Source: Lama glama (lineage: Eukaryota). From it: 64,000 bases of DNA. Positions 36,215 through 48,880 of the stretch are shown here, one piece after another; position 1 is the first letter of the stretch; the number at the start of each line of letters is the position of its first letter. The stretch lies in assembly GCA_028534125.1 (NCBI GenBank), contig CM052816.1, positions 56,174,001 to 56,238,000 of the forward strand. Direction: 5' to 3'. The notes below the pieces were generated by a model. It was given only the letters and a program-made list of their open reading frames with translations, did not search any database and had not been told where the DNA came from. Position numbers and translations under genes: made by a program.

Positions 36215-38470
36215 ACAGTAATTTCTTGTTAACCCGGGGCTCTGGCCCCTCACACTCACCCTTACAGATTCCTCCCCAGTTTTCAGCCAAACTGAGATAC
36301 CTACTTTCACCCTCTTCCAAGGTCTGAACTTCCCTTTTGCCCTGTTTATGCTCAGATGGCACTGTCTGCTCTGCAGGTCCTTCCCGCTCTTCTCTGCCAG
36401 CCTCCTTGGCACCCTGTGTCCCCCAATTCTCATCAGCATTCTAGAGTCAGCGTGGTGCTCCTCTAGGAAGAGGCAAACAGATCAACGACATAGAACTGAC
36501 AGCCGTAAGAATGCAGTGTCACAGAGCACGGCACCACAGGTTAGGGAGAAAGAGGATTGTCAATTAACGGCACAGGAGCAACGGATGAACTTTTTGGGGA
36601 AAAAATCAATTGAGATAATTACCTTAGCCCTCCCAAAATTGATTCCAGATTTGTTGATGAGGCAAGTTTTTAAAGATCTAGAAGACATTGCAAGTCAGAA
36701 TTTATTAAATAGTTGGAGGGGGATGACGCTCCCTCTTGGCTTAGATGTGGGTGATTCTCATCATGAAAAAAAAATCAATAGTTAAAAAAATCTGTTAAAA
36801 TTTTGCATATGAGTTAAGTAACCCCAATTAAAATGAATTTCTTTGGACTTTAAACATTATTCTGGAAAATACAGCTAGTAATGGCATGGCATATTTATTA
36901 TAGAAAGTGCTCACATAGACCAATAAACACTCCACAGAAAAACTGCCAGAGGACACGAGTCCATATAGGGCAATACGGTTGGTTCATGACCACATGGACA
37001 AATGTTCACTCTTGTTTGCTATACTCAGATATGTGGATCATTTTAAAACAGAATGAGCTGAGCTACCATCCTTGGTAGACTAAACTGCTCAAGTTTAAGA
37101 CAATTAGAGCACTTAATGAATGACACTTCTGCTATCTGTACCTGATCATGCCACGTATGTGTTGCTATTTCTCTGGATGCTTTGCTCACAGCCAGAGGCT
37201 CCTGGGGGCCCAGAGAAGCCATCATTTTAAAAGCTCTGCTCTTACCCGTTGCTTTAGACACAGTATCTCAGACCCTTATGACAACCTTGCAAAATGCATA
37301 CGATTGGTCTTATTTTACAGGTGAGGACAGTGAGGCTCAGAAAAGCACTGCTAGGAAGTTTGAGAGCCTGGATCCGAATTCCACTCAGCCTGACTACACG
37401 TTCTATTCTTCCCATGGGCCGGGCTGCCTCTCTGAAGTTCTCTTAGCTGGTAAAGGAGTCAGCTCCTACTGTGGACGCCTGAATCTGGAAAACCTACCTT
37501 CCCCCTCCTCTCCCCAATCCCCCATCTACCAGAAAGATGAACAAGAATTTATAAGGAAACGGAATCTTTCTCTGAGAAGGAAAACACAGAATTCAAAATC
37601 AAAGGACAAAATGTGCAGAGAAAAACACAAGACAAAACAAGCTGCTGGAACAGACACGCTGCTGCAGGCATCCCTTAGGATGTTACCCCCATGCCCTCTG
37701 CAAACTCTCCCCTGCCTCCACCAGGTGACCCCGCCTGGCTGGATCCAGCCTCTGAGCAGATCACAATCAAGGCATTTTATGGCTGGATATCAAAGAGCCA
37801 GGCTCCATCCCTTTATGGGACAACAGGACAGGTCGTCTGTCCCCTGAGAGTCTTTTTCCCTTCCCAATCCACCTATTACAGATAGTGGATGTCATGTCAC
37901 CTGACATAATTTACTTTAATATTACCCAGTGTAAGCAGTGTGTGTGATGTGTGCTGCCGGGCCAGTTAGAGTTTGAGGACCCCTCACCAGGAATCCACAT
38001 TTCAGGGATGGTGAGTGAGCCTCTGAAGTACCCTAATCAAGAGGATACACTCCAAAATTATGAATTCCAATACCATTTCTGAAATCTACAGAAAACCACA
38101 GAGGTTTGCTTAACCAGCATAAGTAATGCCAGGAATGAGCCCTCACTGAAATGCAGAGTTGAAATGTGTCTGACTAGGAAGACTGTCCCAGGCCCTACCG
38201 CCCTCACCCAAGCAAGTACGAGGACCTGGCCAGCCCAGCCCAAAGCCTTTGGGACAGCACTGACCCTCAGACGTTCTCTTGACCCTGTGCTGTTCCTCCC
38301 CTCTGTGGGCTCTGTTCCTGACCCAACCAGTGAATTGGCTGATCCTGCTGCAGAAAACATTGTTCCTCCTTGGAGTGAACCTCTCAAACAAAGACTAGCT
38401 GGGATGCCTGAAGAGAGAGGGGCCTTTCCCCTGCTCCCAAGAAAGCACTGTTTGAACAGTTTTATCCCTG

Positions 38471-38975
38471 TGTTGATGGAAAATTAATCAGTCAATCTAA
38501 GGAAGAAATGGAAGTTTTTGTTGGAGCCAAATTTGAGGATTTTAACCAAGGAAGAGCATCTCAGAAAGCGCTGAGAACAGTTCCACCAGGTAGGAATCAA
38601 GGCACAGTTATATACGTTTTCTGATACAGAGGGCTGTACATCAAATGACGTATTATTGACAGTTTACACAATCCAGATCTAAGCTGCATCCTGGTGGGTC
38701 ATGTGACCCCTTAGAAGATCAAGGAGGCATGTTATCTTTTAAGGAGTTGTCTTGTTGATGCTAGGACAATGTTGCTCTCTATGAGCTTTGTTTCATGACA
38801 ATGTTGAGCAGGTATTCCTGCCGATGGGGGAGGTGTGGTTGATGCATAATTCAGATACACGGTGCACAGAGGGTGGAGAGAGGAGGCCAAAGGGCAGAGG
38901 ATTTTTTATGTTAAAATTTTCCTTGTCTCGCCAGACAATATGGATCTTCTCTCCCACCTGCTTGTTTGTAAACAC
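38471..38975. mobile_element. Solo ERV1-type LTR
   Basis: tgttgatggaaaattaatcag...ggaagagcatctcagaaagcgctgagaacagttccacc..., LTR-like composition; right end uncertain. Confidence 0.6.
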
Positions 38976-41900
38976 TACATTTAGCAGAATTTGGTCTCTG
39001 ATTCCCTTTCTTGGCAATAAACAACCTGGGAGCAAATTGTCAGGGAGAGGAGTACAGGACCACTGTCTCTAGTGCCAGGGGCCACAGGAATTTGCAAGAA
39101 TAACAAAAACAACAACAAATAAATTGACCAACACTCACTCCGTTGTGAATACAGTTTGCAACATGGCCCTTTTAGCCTGGAAACACATTTCCTCGATGCC
39201 CTGAGATCTCCTATGTATGTGTGCAAAGCAAAGACACAGATACTAACTTCAGAGCTGTGAAGCTAAAAAAGATTTCCCTCCAACACGCAAATCCCTACTT
39301 TGATTGACAGGTGGAGAGAATTGACCACAGTGAGGTGCCTTCTAATTAGCTGACTGTGGTCGCCTGAGCCAATTTGGCTAGTGTCCCAAGGCCAGTGCTC
39401 TGCAGGTTCTGACTGCAGGGGGCGGGGAGGGGGGGGGAGGTAGGCGGGGAAGCGGGGAGGAAGGGGATGGGGTGGAGGGGGACACCTGGTTGGGGAAGGG
39501 GTGAGGAAGCGACACCTGCTCCCGTAGAAGCTGATCCTGCGGTCTTTATGAGGACAAGACTTCCAACTGGTCCAAGTGAGAATTTAGTTGCCTGTAGACA
39601 ATAAGATGCAGGCCTCCCATCACAGCCAACCTGGGCCATTTTCATGTCACTGCCAACTTGACCTACTATTATGGAAATTGCTCCAATTATGTGCATAACA
39701 TTTGCATGTGAAATGACAACTAAATGCTTGCCTGAGAGGCAATTTTTGCAAATGAAGCTGGGTATTAACAGAATAGGGTAGTGTGTCCTTTGTTGGGATT
39801 ACTTGTGACCCAATGAGATGACAGCCCTCTTCAAGCATTGCGTTATGGCCTGTCATAAATTACTTGTCCCTCAAATGCCTCCTAGGGCTTGTAGAAGAGC
39901 CCCTTGAAATAAATGGGCTTCAATCATCAGTTTCAACAATTGTCCTGTCTCCAAGTAATAAAACATCTGGAAAATTGGGCTAAATGGATAAAACAGTTCT
40001 CTGTAATAAGTATCTGGCATCCTTACAACTCTGTATAGTGCACTTTTTTTTTAATGACCAGATGTGGTACTTCTGTGTTATGAAGAACAGAGGCATGTTT
40101 AGTCCTGCCTTTTATTGCATTTAAATGCAAGGTATATTTTCATAGCTCCCTGGAGAAACGCTATCCCATTGATTGGGAATTGCTGATGTGTTGGTTTACA
40201 AACTTGAAAAGTAAGTGAACCGCTCAGAAAATTGCAGATATAATTTAAACAGTCATTAAACTGGACACTCGCAGGGAATTGGCTTAAGAAAAAGAATTCA
40301 GTCTATAAATTTTACCTTCTCTCCTAGTGGATTTGTTCTGTAGCCTTTGATCTGGCGGTTGTTTATGGTCTTATCTGTCTTCTGTAATATTTACAGCTTT
40401 ATGAAAAAAAAAAGGATTTCATCAAACTTGCTGTTCACTTCTTCCCAATTTCTCATTAAGAAAGCTTAGCTGGTAACCCACCTGTGTAGTCTCCATTTTA
40501 TAGTCCTCTGTGGGGTTCCAACAAGATGTTTTTAACATGTGTGTGTATGGGGGAGGGGAACAGAGGTACTTAGAGCCCTGTCCACTGGGCTACCACTCCA
40601 AAACCTCCCCAAGCCCCACACCACCAAGAAGATGGTGTGTGACCAGTTATTACTATAGTTTATATAGGAAGTGCTTTTTATTTTATAACATTATAATGAT
40701 GCTCTATGTGTTCTTTGGTCATTTTAAATACCACAAACATTTTTCCTTCTGTTAAGCGTTCTTTTAAAATAAGAATCTTGATGGAAAGGCTGTTTTTATT
40801 GAACTAGTTTATTTGGCGACATTACGAATTTTTACAAGTGTTCACTACCATCAACAGTCTATGATAAATATCTTTATGTAAAAATCTTATCATCAATCTC
40901 TGATTCTTTCCTAGAAGCAGAACTGCTGGATCAAAGGGTATGAGCTTTTATTTTTAAGGCTTTAATACATGCTGTCCCAAGTGTTCTTCAGAAAGTGTGT
41001 AACGATGTATGCCGTACACGCCCACCGCGAGAGCACGAGCGCTCCCGGTTCCATGCACGCTAGGTCTTCCCATTAGTAACAGTTACCACAGTAAAGACAT
41101 GAGTCCTCTGTCCGCTGTGTAAGTTGCCATTGTTTCCCTAGGTTGATATTTGCCTTTTAACTTGGATGATGAGCTGGAAGTTCTTATTTGTTTTGCCAAG
41201 TCTTTTTCCCTCCCTCCCTCCTTTTTCAGAAGTTTGAAACGTCTTTCTTCCCAGTCTTTTCCTTTATGGCGTCTTCCTTGGCTTTTAAGCTTTCCCACCT
41301 TGAAGTCAGAATCTAGATTTAGGCTTTTTCCACATTTGTGTTTTTCTAGTTCTTTAATAGGTTCCTTTTTATATTTAACAGCCATCTACCCAGGACTAAT
41401 GTTGCCATATTGCATGAAGTAGGGGAGCTGAGAATTCTCTTCCAAAGGGTTAACACATTATATCAGCACCATTAATTCAATATTCTGTTTTAAAATAATT
41501 CATTAAAAAAATTAAAGGCAGAGGTTGTATTATTTCTCTATCTCGGTCTTTCTTAAATGTATTTACTCTCACAGATAATTCACGGTTATTTAAGTTTTCC
41601 TTTAGTCAATATCTCCGCCTGAAAATAGGATTTATCTATTTTTGTTGATTGCAAACCACAGCTCTCCCTGACTTTGAAACCCATAATTCCTAACAATTCC
41701 GGTTAGAAATGAATTCTTCTCAGTTTTGATCCCAGCTTGAATATTATATTCCAACATAATATATATCTCTGATGTATAAGTATTTACAGCCTTAAACCTA
41801 AGAGAAGTCACAGAGCGCAGTATTACAAACAGGTTGTCATTCTAACAGAACCAACTCTAGGTCTGCAAGAGATGCCCATGTGAGGCTGTGGGCTTCAGTT

Positions 41901-42835
41901 TACTCAACTGTAAACCTGCAGAGAAGCTATGAGCTTGAAGTGCTTCCTTTAAAATGTACTTATTTTATGAAATATTGCAAACAGGGTTGAGGAATTTTTA
42001 AAACATGGCAGTGGCAGGAGGGGAAAATACTTAAGTGTGCCTCGGAATGCCCACACTGGACTCTTCACTTACCCATGTTAATGGTTGTCTAGCCTTGGGA
42101 AAATGGTTTAACTTTTGCTAGAATTTCCCCCCCTCGGCAGTAAGATGAGATTTGTTTCTGATCTAGGACCAAATCCTTCATGAAAGATAAAATGTAGCTA
42201 GTTAATAGATTTCTGGAAAGATGTACCAACTTTAGTGTTAATCGAAGACATGAAAATTAAAGAAAAATGAGATATGATTTTCTACTGATAAGGAAATCGT
42301 TTTTAAAAGACCCGCTCAGTGCTGAGAGGATATGGTTCAATGGATACTTTGGGACTATTGATGCTACAGTCCTTTTGGGAAGCAACTTTGCAATCAAACA
42401 CTTTAAAACCTTCATTCCTTTTGGATCAGGAGTTCCATCTCTAGTTCTAAAAGAAATTCACCCAAGACAGAGGAAAAGATTTCTACATACAGATTCAATT
42501 GAAGAGTGACATACCAGGAAAATCTTCAATTGTAGGGAGAGTGATTAGCTTGGTAGATTTTACAATGGCTTAATTCATTTAGAGTTTTGCTTAAATGATA
42601 CTGACAGGGTAATTCAAAACAAAATAAGTATTTTAGTAAAGTATTTCTTTATCAGAAGTAAGTGAATTCTAGTGTGCAATCATTAAAAAATGACATTTAA
42701 TAAGAGATATTTAGTAACAATATGCTCACGTTATAATGTTAAAGAAAAAAAGCAGAAAATAAAATTGTCTAGTCAATATTATCACGCCTATATAAAAATA
42801 CCGTGCACAGTGCAAAGACTAAAAGAAAAACTTAA

Positions 42836-43089
42836 GGGGACATAAAGTGCAGCATGGTGACAACGGTTAACAATACTGTATTGTATATTTGATTCTTGCT
42901 AAGAGAGTAAATCTTAAAAGTTTTCATCACAAGAAAAAATATTCTAACTATGGATGGTGACAGATGTTAACTAGATTTAGTGTGATGATCATTTTGCAAT
43001 ATATACAAGCATTGAATTGTTACGTTGTATACCTGAAAGTAATATAATGCTAATTATATTTCAATAGAAGAATAATTAAAAAAAAAAAA
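42836..43089 (+). mobile_element. L1MA-type 3' end
   Basis: tgcagcatggtgacaacggttaacaatactgtattgtatatttga...gtatacctgaaagtaatataatg + A tail. Confidence 0.8.
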
Positions 43090-44269
43090 CCAAAAGCATA
43101 AAATCATGGTGGTTTTCTTTGGGGTAGGGAGAATTTTTCCCCTTCTTTCCTCTTTTCTATATTTTCCATTTTTTTGCAATGAACACATAAATTTTATACT
43201 CAGCTAAAAGTAAACTTATTTTTTAAATGAACATTTGTTCTTTGGAACAAACAACATACGATTATGAAAGGAACAGATTTTCCTTTAGGAAAATCCTTAG
43301 TGTTGTCATAAGTGTTAAATGGAACTGTCAGGAGGACATGTTCGGACACGTGTAAAGTGTGAAGCTGTGTGACTGTACAGGGACGTGCTGCTGAATTCAA
43401 ATCTAGGAGCAAAGGTGTATGAAGGTGCCTCTGTAGTATGTAAAGTGAACTCTCCATCTGCAATGTGAACGATCTTTCGATTTGTTCTGTAGATTTGGAT
43501 TTTGATCTGTTGAATTTCCTATCAGTAGAACTCAGTTTCAAAATACGTCAATTTCAAAATACAGTCAATATTACAAGAGAAAAGCCTTAAGCTAGAGGAA
43601 GACATGGCCCTCGGCTGGGTTGTCTAGCATCTGTTCCTTTCCTGGCTTTCATTTCCACCTCCCTGCATCTCTGTTGATTTTGCCTTATTTTTATTCTCAT
43701 TCTCATTCAGAGAATAATTCTTGGGGTCAAGGACTGAAAACTTCAATTTCGGTTTGACCCCTGGAACACTCTGGGAATCTAATGAGTGTACCAGTGCTGC
43801 TGGCCTCTGCTCAAGCTCTGGGCCTGTCACGCAGGGAGCCCAAGACGGGCCGATTGCTCGGCGACTTTCCCCATCAACACCAAGAGACACGGCTCCCCCA
43901 GGCTCAGTCCGCTGCTGTCTGGCATGCAGGCTGGAGGCCCAGATGAAGTGGATTTCTTACTATCATTTTCCCTCGGCCAAAGGGATGCTGGGTGGGCCCA
44001 TGTTCATGTTTTCCTGAACTGTCCCCTCTCCTCCAGTAACACCTCATCTTTCTTACCCTCGCTGTCATGGCACCACTGGCTTGGTTCAGTTCTCAAACTG
44101 GAGGGTGTGAAGCCCTGAGGATCAGAGGCCTGTTTCATGGATTCCATGAGCTCTAAGACAAAACCTTAAAAAAATATTGTAAGGCTTCTCCCCTAGTAAT
44201 GCAAACTGTGGTTTTACCAGTTAAAAGGCAAGACTTCAACATGGAAAGACATTTCCTTGGAATAAGACA

Positions 44270-44720
44270 TTTGTATTGAGACTGCATTTAGTGTTGCTGG
44301 GAAGAGAGGGCACCACCAGGGGTAGCTTAAACAAACAAGTTCTAGTTTTTCTTACCTCCCAGGAAGTCCAGAGGTGGGCAGCTACTGGCCCAATTCAATG
44401 GCTTAATGAGGTCAGGGCTGGTGTCTCTGTGACTCTCCTGCCCTGTCCCGCAGAGCTGCACATTGGCTGCTGCAGCCCCAGGTACCACGGTGTGCGGTGG
44501 AGGCAGGAAGAAGAGGACAAGAGGACAAGACATCTGCCACACTGGTCTCTTTTCACAGAAAAGCAAAACATTTCCAGAAGCCTCCTAGCAGCCCTTCTCA
44601 TATATTTCATTGGCACCAACTGAGTCACACAGCTCCCCTAGCCAGAGGGAGGCTGGGAAAACCAGCTACTTGGTAAGAGGAACAGGGTTGCTACAACTGG
44701 CTAAGACCAATTGCTATTCA
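44270..44720 (-). mobile_element. MaLR LTR (MLT1-like)
   Basis: ggtagcttaaacaaacaag...cattggcaccaactgagtcacacagctcccctagccagagggaggctgggaaa. Confidence 0.6.
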
Positions 44721-46293
44721 TAACTTAGAGCTGGACACACTCTTTGGAATCGGATGGCTGCTGGGTATGATGTGTGGGCCCAGCCAAGCCAAGGGTCTGC
44801 ACCATGCGTGCCTTTCCTCTGGTTTCCTTCCCACATGACCCTGGTTTCCTGACAAAGCACAGAGCCTCTCCTCTCCTTGTGCTTCGTGCTCAGGTAATGC
44901 GGCGACTGCCTCTCTGCCTTCGGGCTCCTCACCTCCTCCTCCACTCCATCGGTTACAGACAGGGTGTTATTCCCCTCGCCTTTCACCACCTAGGGTGGCA
45001 AAGAACATTATTTCTAAGGTCAGAGCCTTCTTTACCTTTAGAGGTATGATATTAAATTCCAAGTATTTATCAAGCTTTTAAAGTTTGAATTTCACTTACT
45101 CTCATCTGAACGCGATTTCCTGGGTTGAGAAAGAGCATGCCTGCTCAGTTGACAATAAGGCAATGATAGTTTTTGCTAAAAGCCCCCAGTGTTCAGTGTT
45201 GGCCGATTGAAAAGATAAAGGGAGAAAGAATTGAGCGCAATCCTTGGTTTTTCCCGGAACAGGAATGAGCTGGGCTTACTCCCCTGTTCTTGGTGCTTAC
45301 ACCTCAGCCCGAGGCCCTCCACCCCACTTTCTCTTTGCGTTCATGTCTACTACGTGCCTCTGTCTTCCTTCACTGCTGTGGGCACAACGTGGCGGCCCAA
45401 ATGGGGACATGGTGACATGCAGGTTGGTAAAAGAATTTACCAGAGGTAGAGTCTGGGAATAGAAAGGAGTTTACTGGGGCACGCTGGCACAGACAACAGC
45501 GGGCCACACAGACGAGCTGTGCCTGTGTGAGCCCTAGGGGCTAGTTGTTGGAGTGTGTTATAAGGAAGAGTCACACGGTGTCTGATCAGCTTGTGCACAA
45601 GGCTCTGACTGGTTGTAGGTGAGGTAAGAGGTTTAGGGCCCATGAAGGGCAGTGGGTTTATGACCCTGATAAGATAGGCTGGAACAAGCCAGCCTGAGCT
45701 ATTGAGATTAGTACCTACGGCTATTCGGCTATTCGTTTATGAGGGCAAACAGTCCAGCAAAGAATGTACTTTATCTGTTGAGGGATCACAGGCAGACATC
45801 TGAGAGCCTAGAAATGGGGGTCATTGGACTTTGAAGGAGTCAGTAGGTCCAACATTCACGCCTTCTTTCTGCTTTCTTATCACCTGCTGCTGGGGACCTC
45901 GCATATGACTTGGTGATCTCTCCGAGTTCAGAAATGCCTGCAGCCTCCCCTTCAACCTTTCTGTGTTTTTCCTGAGGCAAAGTTCCTTCACGTCTTTCTG
46001 GCTCAGCCTCTTCACCTGCTCGGCACTGGGGGCCACGTGCCTGCAGTGTGTTCTAAGGTTAATGTGTCTTTGGTCTTAACCATGGTCTGCTGGGCAGAGG
46101 GAAATCAGGCATTTCAGGTTTTGGTCTCAGTTTTGCTATGGGTGCTAAGAGGTCTTAGGCCAGTGACTGAATTATGCTGGAAAATTAATCCTTTTAATCA
46201 TTTTAAAATTCTGTTTTCAGAGTATCTTGGGACTTACTGATGCAAATATTACATGAGTATCAGATATGTCTTTCTCCTATTTCAAAAGACCCT

Positions 46294-46443
46294 TTCCTTC
46301 TATGAAGCCACCATCACCCTGATACCAAAACCAGGCAAAGACACTACAAAAAAAGAGAATTATAGGCCAATATCACTGATGAACATAGACGCCAAAATCC
46401 TCACCAAAATTTTAGCAAATAGAATCCAACAACACATAAAAAA
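46294..46443 (+). mobile_element. 5'-truncated young LINE-1, ORF2 reverse-transcriptase start, running into gap
   Basis: Uninterrupted [49 protein letters not shown]. Confidence 0.93.
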
Positions 46444-46943
46444 NNNNNNNNNNNNNNNNNNNNNNNNNNNNNNNNNNNNNNNNNNNNNNNNNNNNNNNNN
46501 NNNNNNNNNNNNNNNNNNNNNNNNNNNNNNNNNNNNNNNNNNNNNNNNNNNNNNNNNNNNNNNNNNNNNNNNNNNNNNNNNNNNNNNNNNNNNNNNNNNN
46601 NNNNNNNNNNNNNNNNNNNNNNNNNNNNNNNNNNNNNNNNNNNNNNNNNNNNNNNNNNNNNNNNNNNNNNNNNNNNNNNNNNNNNNNNNNNNNNNNNNNN
46701 NNNNNNNNNNNNNNNNNNNNNNNNNNNNNNNNNNNNNNNNNNNNNNNNNNNNNNNNNNNNNNNNNNNNNNNNNNNNNNNNNNNNNNNNNNNNNNNNNNNN
46801 NNNNNNNNNNNNNNNNNNNNNNNNNNNNNNNNNNNNNNNNNNNNNNNNNNNNNNNNNNNNNNNNNNNNNNNNNNNNNNNNNNNNNNNNNNNNNNNNNNNN
46901 NNNNNNNNNNNNNNNNNNNNNNNNNNNNNNNNNNNNNNNNNNN
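46444..46943. other. Assembly gap (500 N)
   Basis: Exactly 500 N. Confidence 0.99.
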
Positions 46944-47049
46944 ACCAAAAAAGGAAAAAATTAATATAAAATTACAGCTAAATGGAAAAAGGAGGATGCA
47001 TGTTGTATTGAACTGAAGCACCTTGGAGCAGAAGCATCAATACCCATAC

Positions 47050-47718
47050 AGGACTGGAATGGACCCAGAGTTAGCCAAACTGCGAGGTTTGGAGGCAGAG
47101 TCCCCAAGACTGTCCTCACTTCTGACACCAGCTGTGAGTTTGTGGGAGGAAGTTCCCTAAACCATCCTCAGTTCACTAGAAGGATTTACAGAACCCACTG
47201 AAAGCTGTTACCCTCACAGCTAAGGAATATCACAGGAAAAGGATACAGATTAAAATTAGCCAAAGGAAGAAACGTGTAAAACAGAGTCTGAGGGCAAAGA
47301 GGGTCCGGAGAGCAAAGCTTCTGCCTTTGGGACACGTTCCCACCCTGGCATCCACGTGTGACAAAACACACAGAATATTACCAGCCAGGGAAGCTCACCT
47401 GCGCCTCACCATTTGGAGGTTTTATTGAGGCTCCATTACGTAGGTATGGGTGACTGACCAACTGCCTGTGAGCTGATCTTGGCCTCCAGGTCTACAACAC
47501 GGTGTGACACAAAGCTCCCACCCTAAGCCGCGAGGTTGGTCTTTCTGGCCAGGCTAGCTCCCACCTAAAACCATGGGGTGTGGCTAGTCCCCTCCGAAGA
47601 CCTGCTGTATCCAGGCTCTGCCCTAAACAAAGACACTTCTATCAGGAATGACGTGGATCACCTCCCGGAAGCCGAGGGCAACCAGACTTCTCTTTGGGCA
47701 AAGCCAAATTCTTTACTA
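47050..47718 (-). mobile_element. MER21-like LTR
   Basis: caagactgtcctcacttctgacacca...cactagaaggatttacagaacccactgaaagc...aaaggatacagattaaaattagccaaagg...tctctttgggcaaagccaaattctttacta. Confidence 0.7.
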
Positions 47719-48384
47719 GTGGGATGCTTTGCTTCTTACTCGTCACTGGCCTCATGGTGGTACCTCCAGGAAAGTGTACGGCGAGAGGGGCTTCGGGGAA
47801 CCTCCTGCAGGCAGCAGTTTGATGGTGGCACTGGCATTCACACACAGTTGCTTTGGGCCCATTGTCTTCCTCACCAGAAATGCCTTCGCGATGCCGGGGG
47901 CCCTGTGTCCCAGATCCCTAGGCGCTACCGCTACCACCTTCCACAGCTCACGGATGTCAGAGGTGCTCTGGAGTCTATGTTTCAAGACACTGACGCCCTG
48001 GGGACTCACAGATGGTTGATATTTCTGGCAGCTAACCACCTGCTCTAACTAGGTCAGAGTATGTGAGCACCTGAACGGGCGATTTAGGGGTGCAAAGGCT
48101 TAGGGGATTCAAAGAGACCGAGAAGCTTGAGTTGGAAACTGGCAGGAAAACCTGGATTTTATATACAGCAGATGGGTGAGGCAGGTTGGGGGGTGGAGGG
48201 CAGCACACCACACATGAGGCACAGAGGAACTACAGAAGCCAAAGGAGCATGTGGGACCCAGAGACGCCTTAGAAAACACGTGACTGCACACACAGTCAGT
48301 GTCAAGTTTCCAAAAGAAAATACAGTCTTCATTAAGTAAAGGATTTACTAGCCTTCAAATAAGATTCTGATGAATAACCGCTAT

Positions 48385-48880
48385 CTAGTCACTCACCAAG
48401 CATTCACTGAGCGTTGACCGTTACCGTGCACTGTTCCAGGTGCTAAGCATTCAGCAGAGGGCAAAACAAAGACCCTCACCTCACGGAGCTTGCCTTTGCT
48501 TCCCAACAAGAGATATAAATAATAAATAGATATAGATCTCACGGCGGTGATAAGTGTGCTGAAGAAAAATAAAGCAGGCGAAGGAATGGAGAGAGAGTGG
48601 CTTGTTCTCTAGATCGGGAACTCAGGGAGGGCCTCGCTAACCAGTGAAGGAGGGATGTGAGCAGAGATCTGAGTGAAAGGAGGGACCTGGTCATATGAGT
48701 ATCTATGGAAAAGTGCTCTCGGCAGAAGGACAGTAAGTGCAAAGGTCTTGAGGCTGGAGAGTTGTTGGTGATGAACTAGGTGGCTAGTGTGGCTGAAGCG
48801 GAGATGAGGCGAGATGAATAAAGCCCTGTGGTTGCGGAATGGAGACGGAAGCCACTGGAGGCTGTAAACTGTACGTTTCT
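48385..48880 (-). mobile_element. LINE-2 fragment
   Basis: cactcaccaagcattcactgagcg...gcactgttccaggtgct...ccctcacctcacggagcttgc...agtgcaaaggtcttgaggc. Confidence 0.7.

Noticed and set aside
37182..37847. 221-aa ORF, the longest gap-free ORF upstream of HEXB
   Set aside because: Non-ATG start, runs through a MIR core (ttttacaggtgaggacagtgaggctcag), no recognisable family or exon structure.
46253..47021. Long ORFs across the second gap
   Set aside because: Length comes from N translation; only the L1 ORF2 fragment is real.
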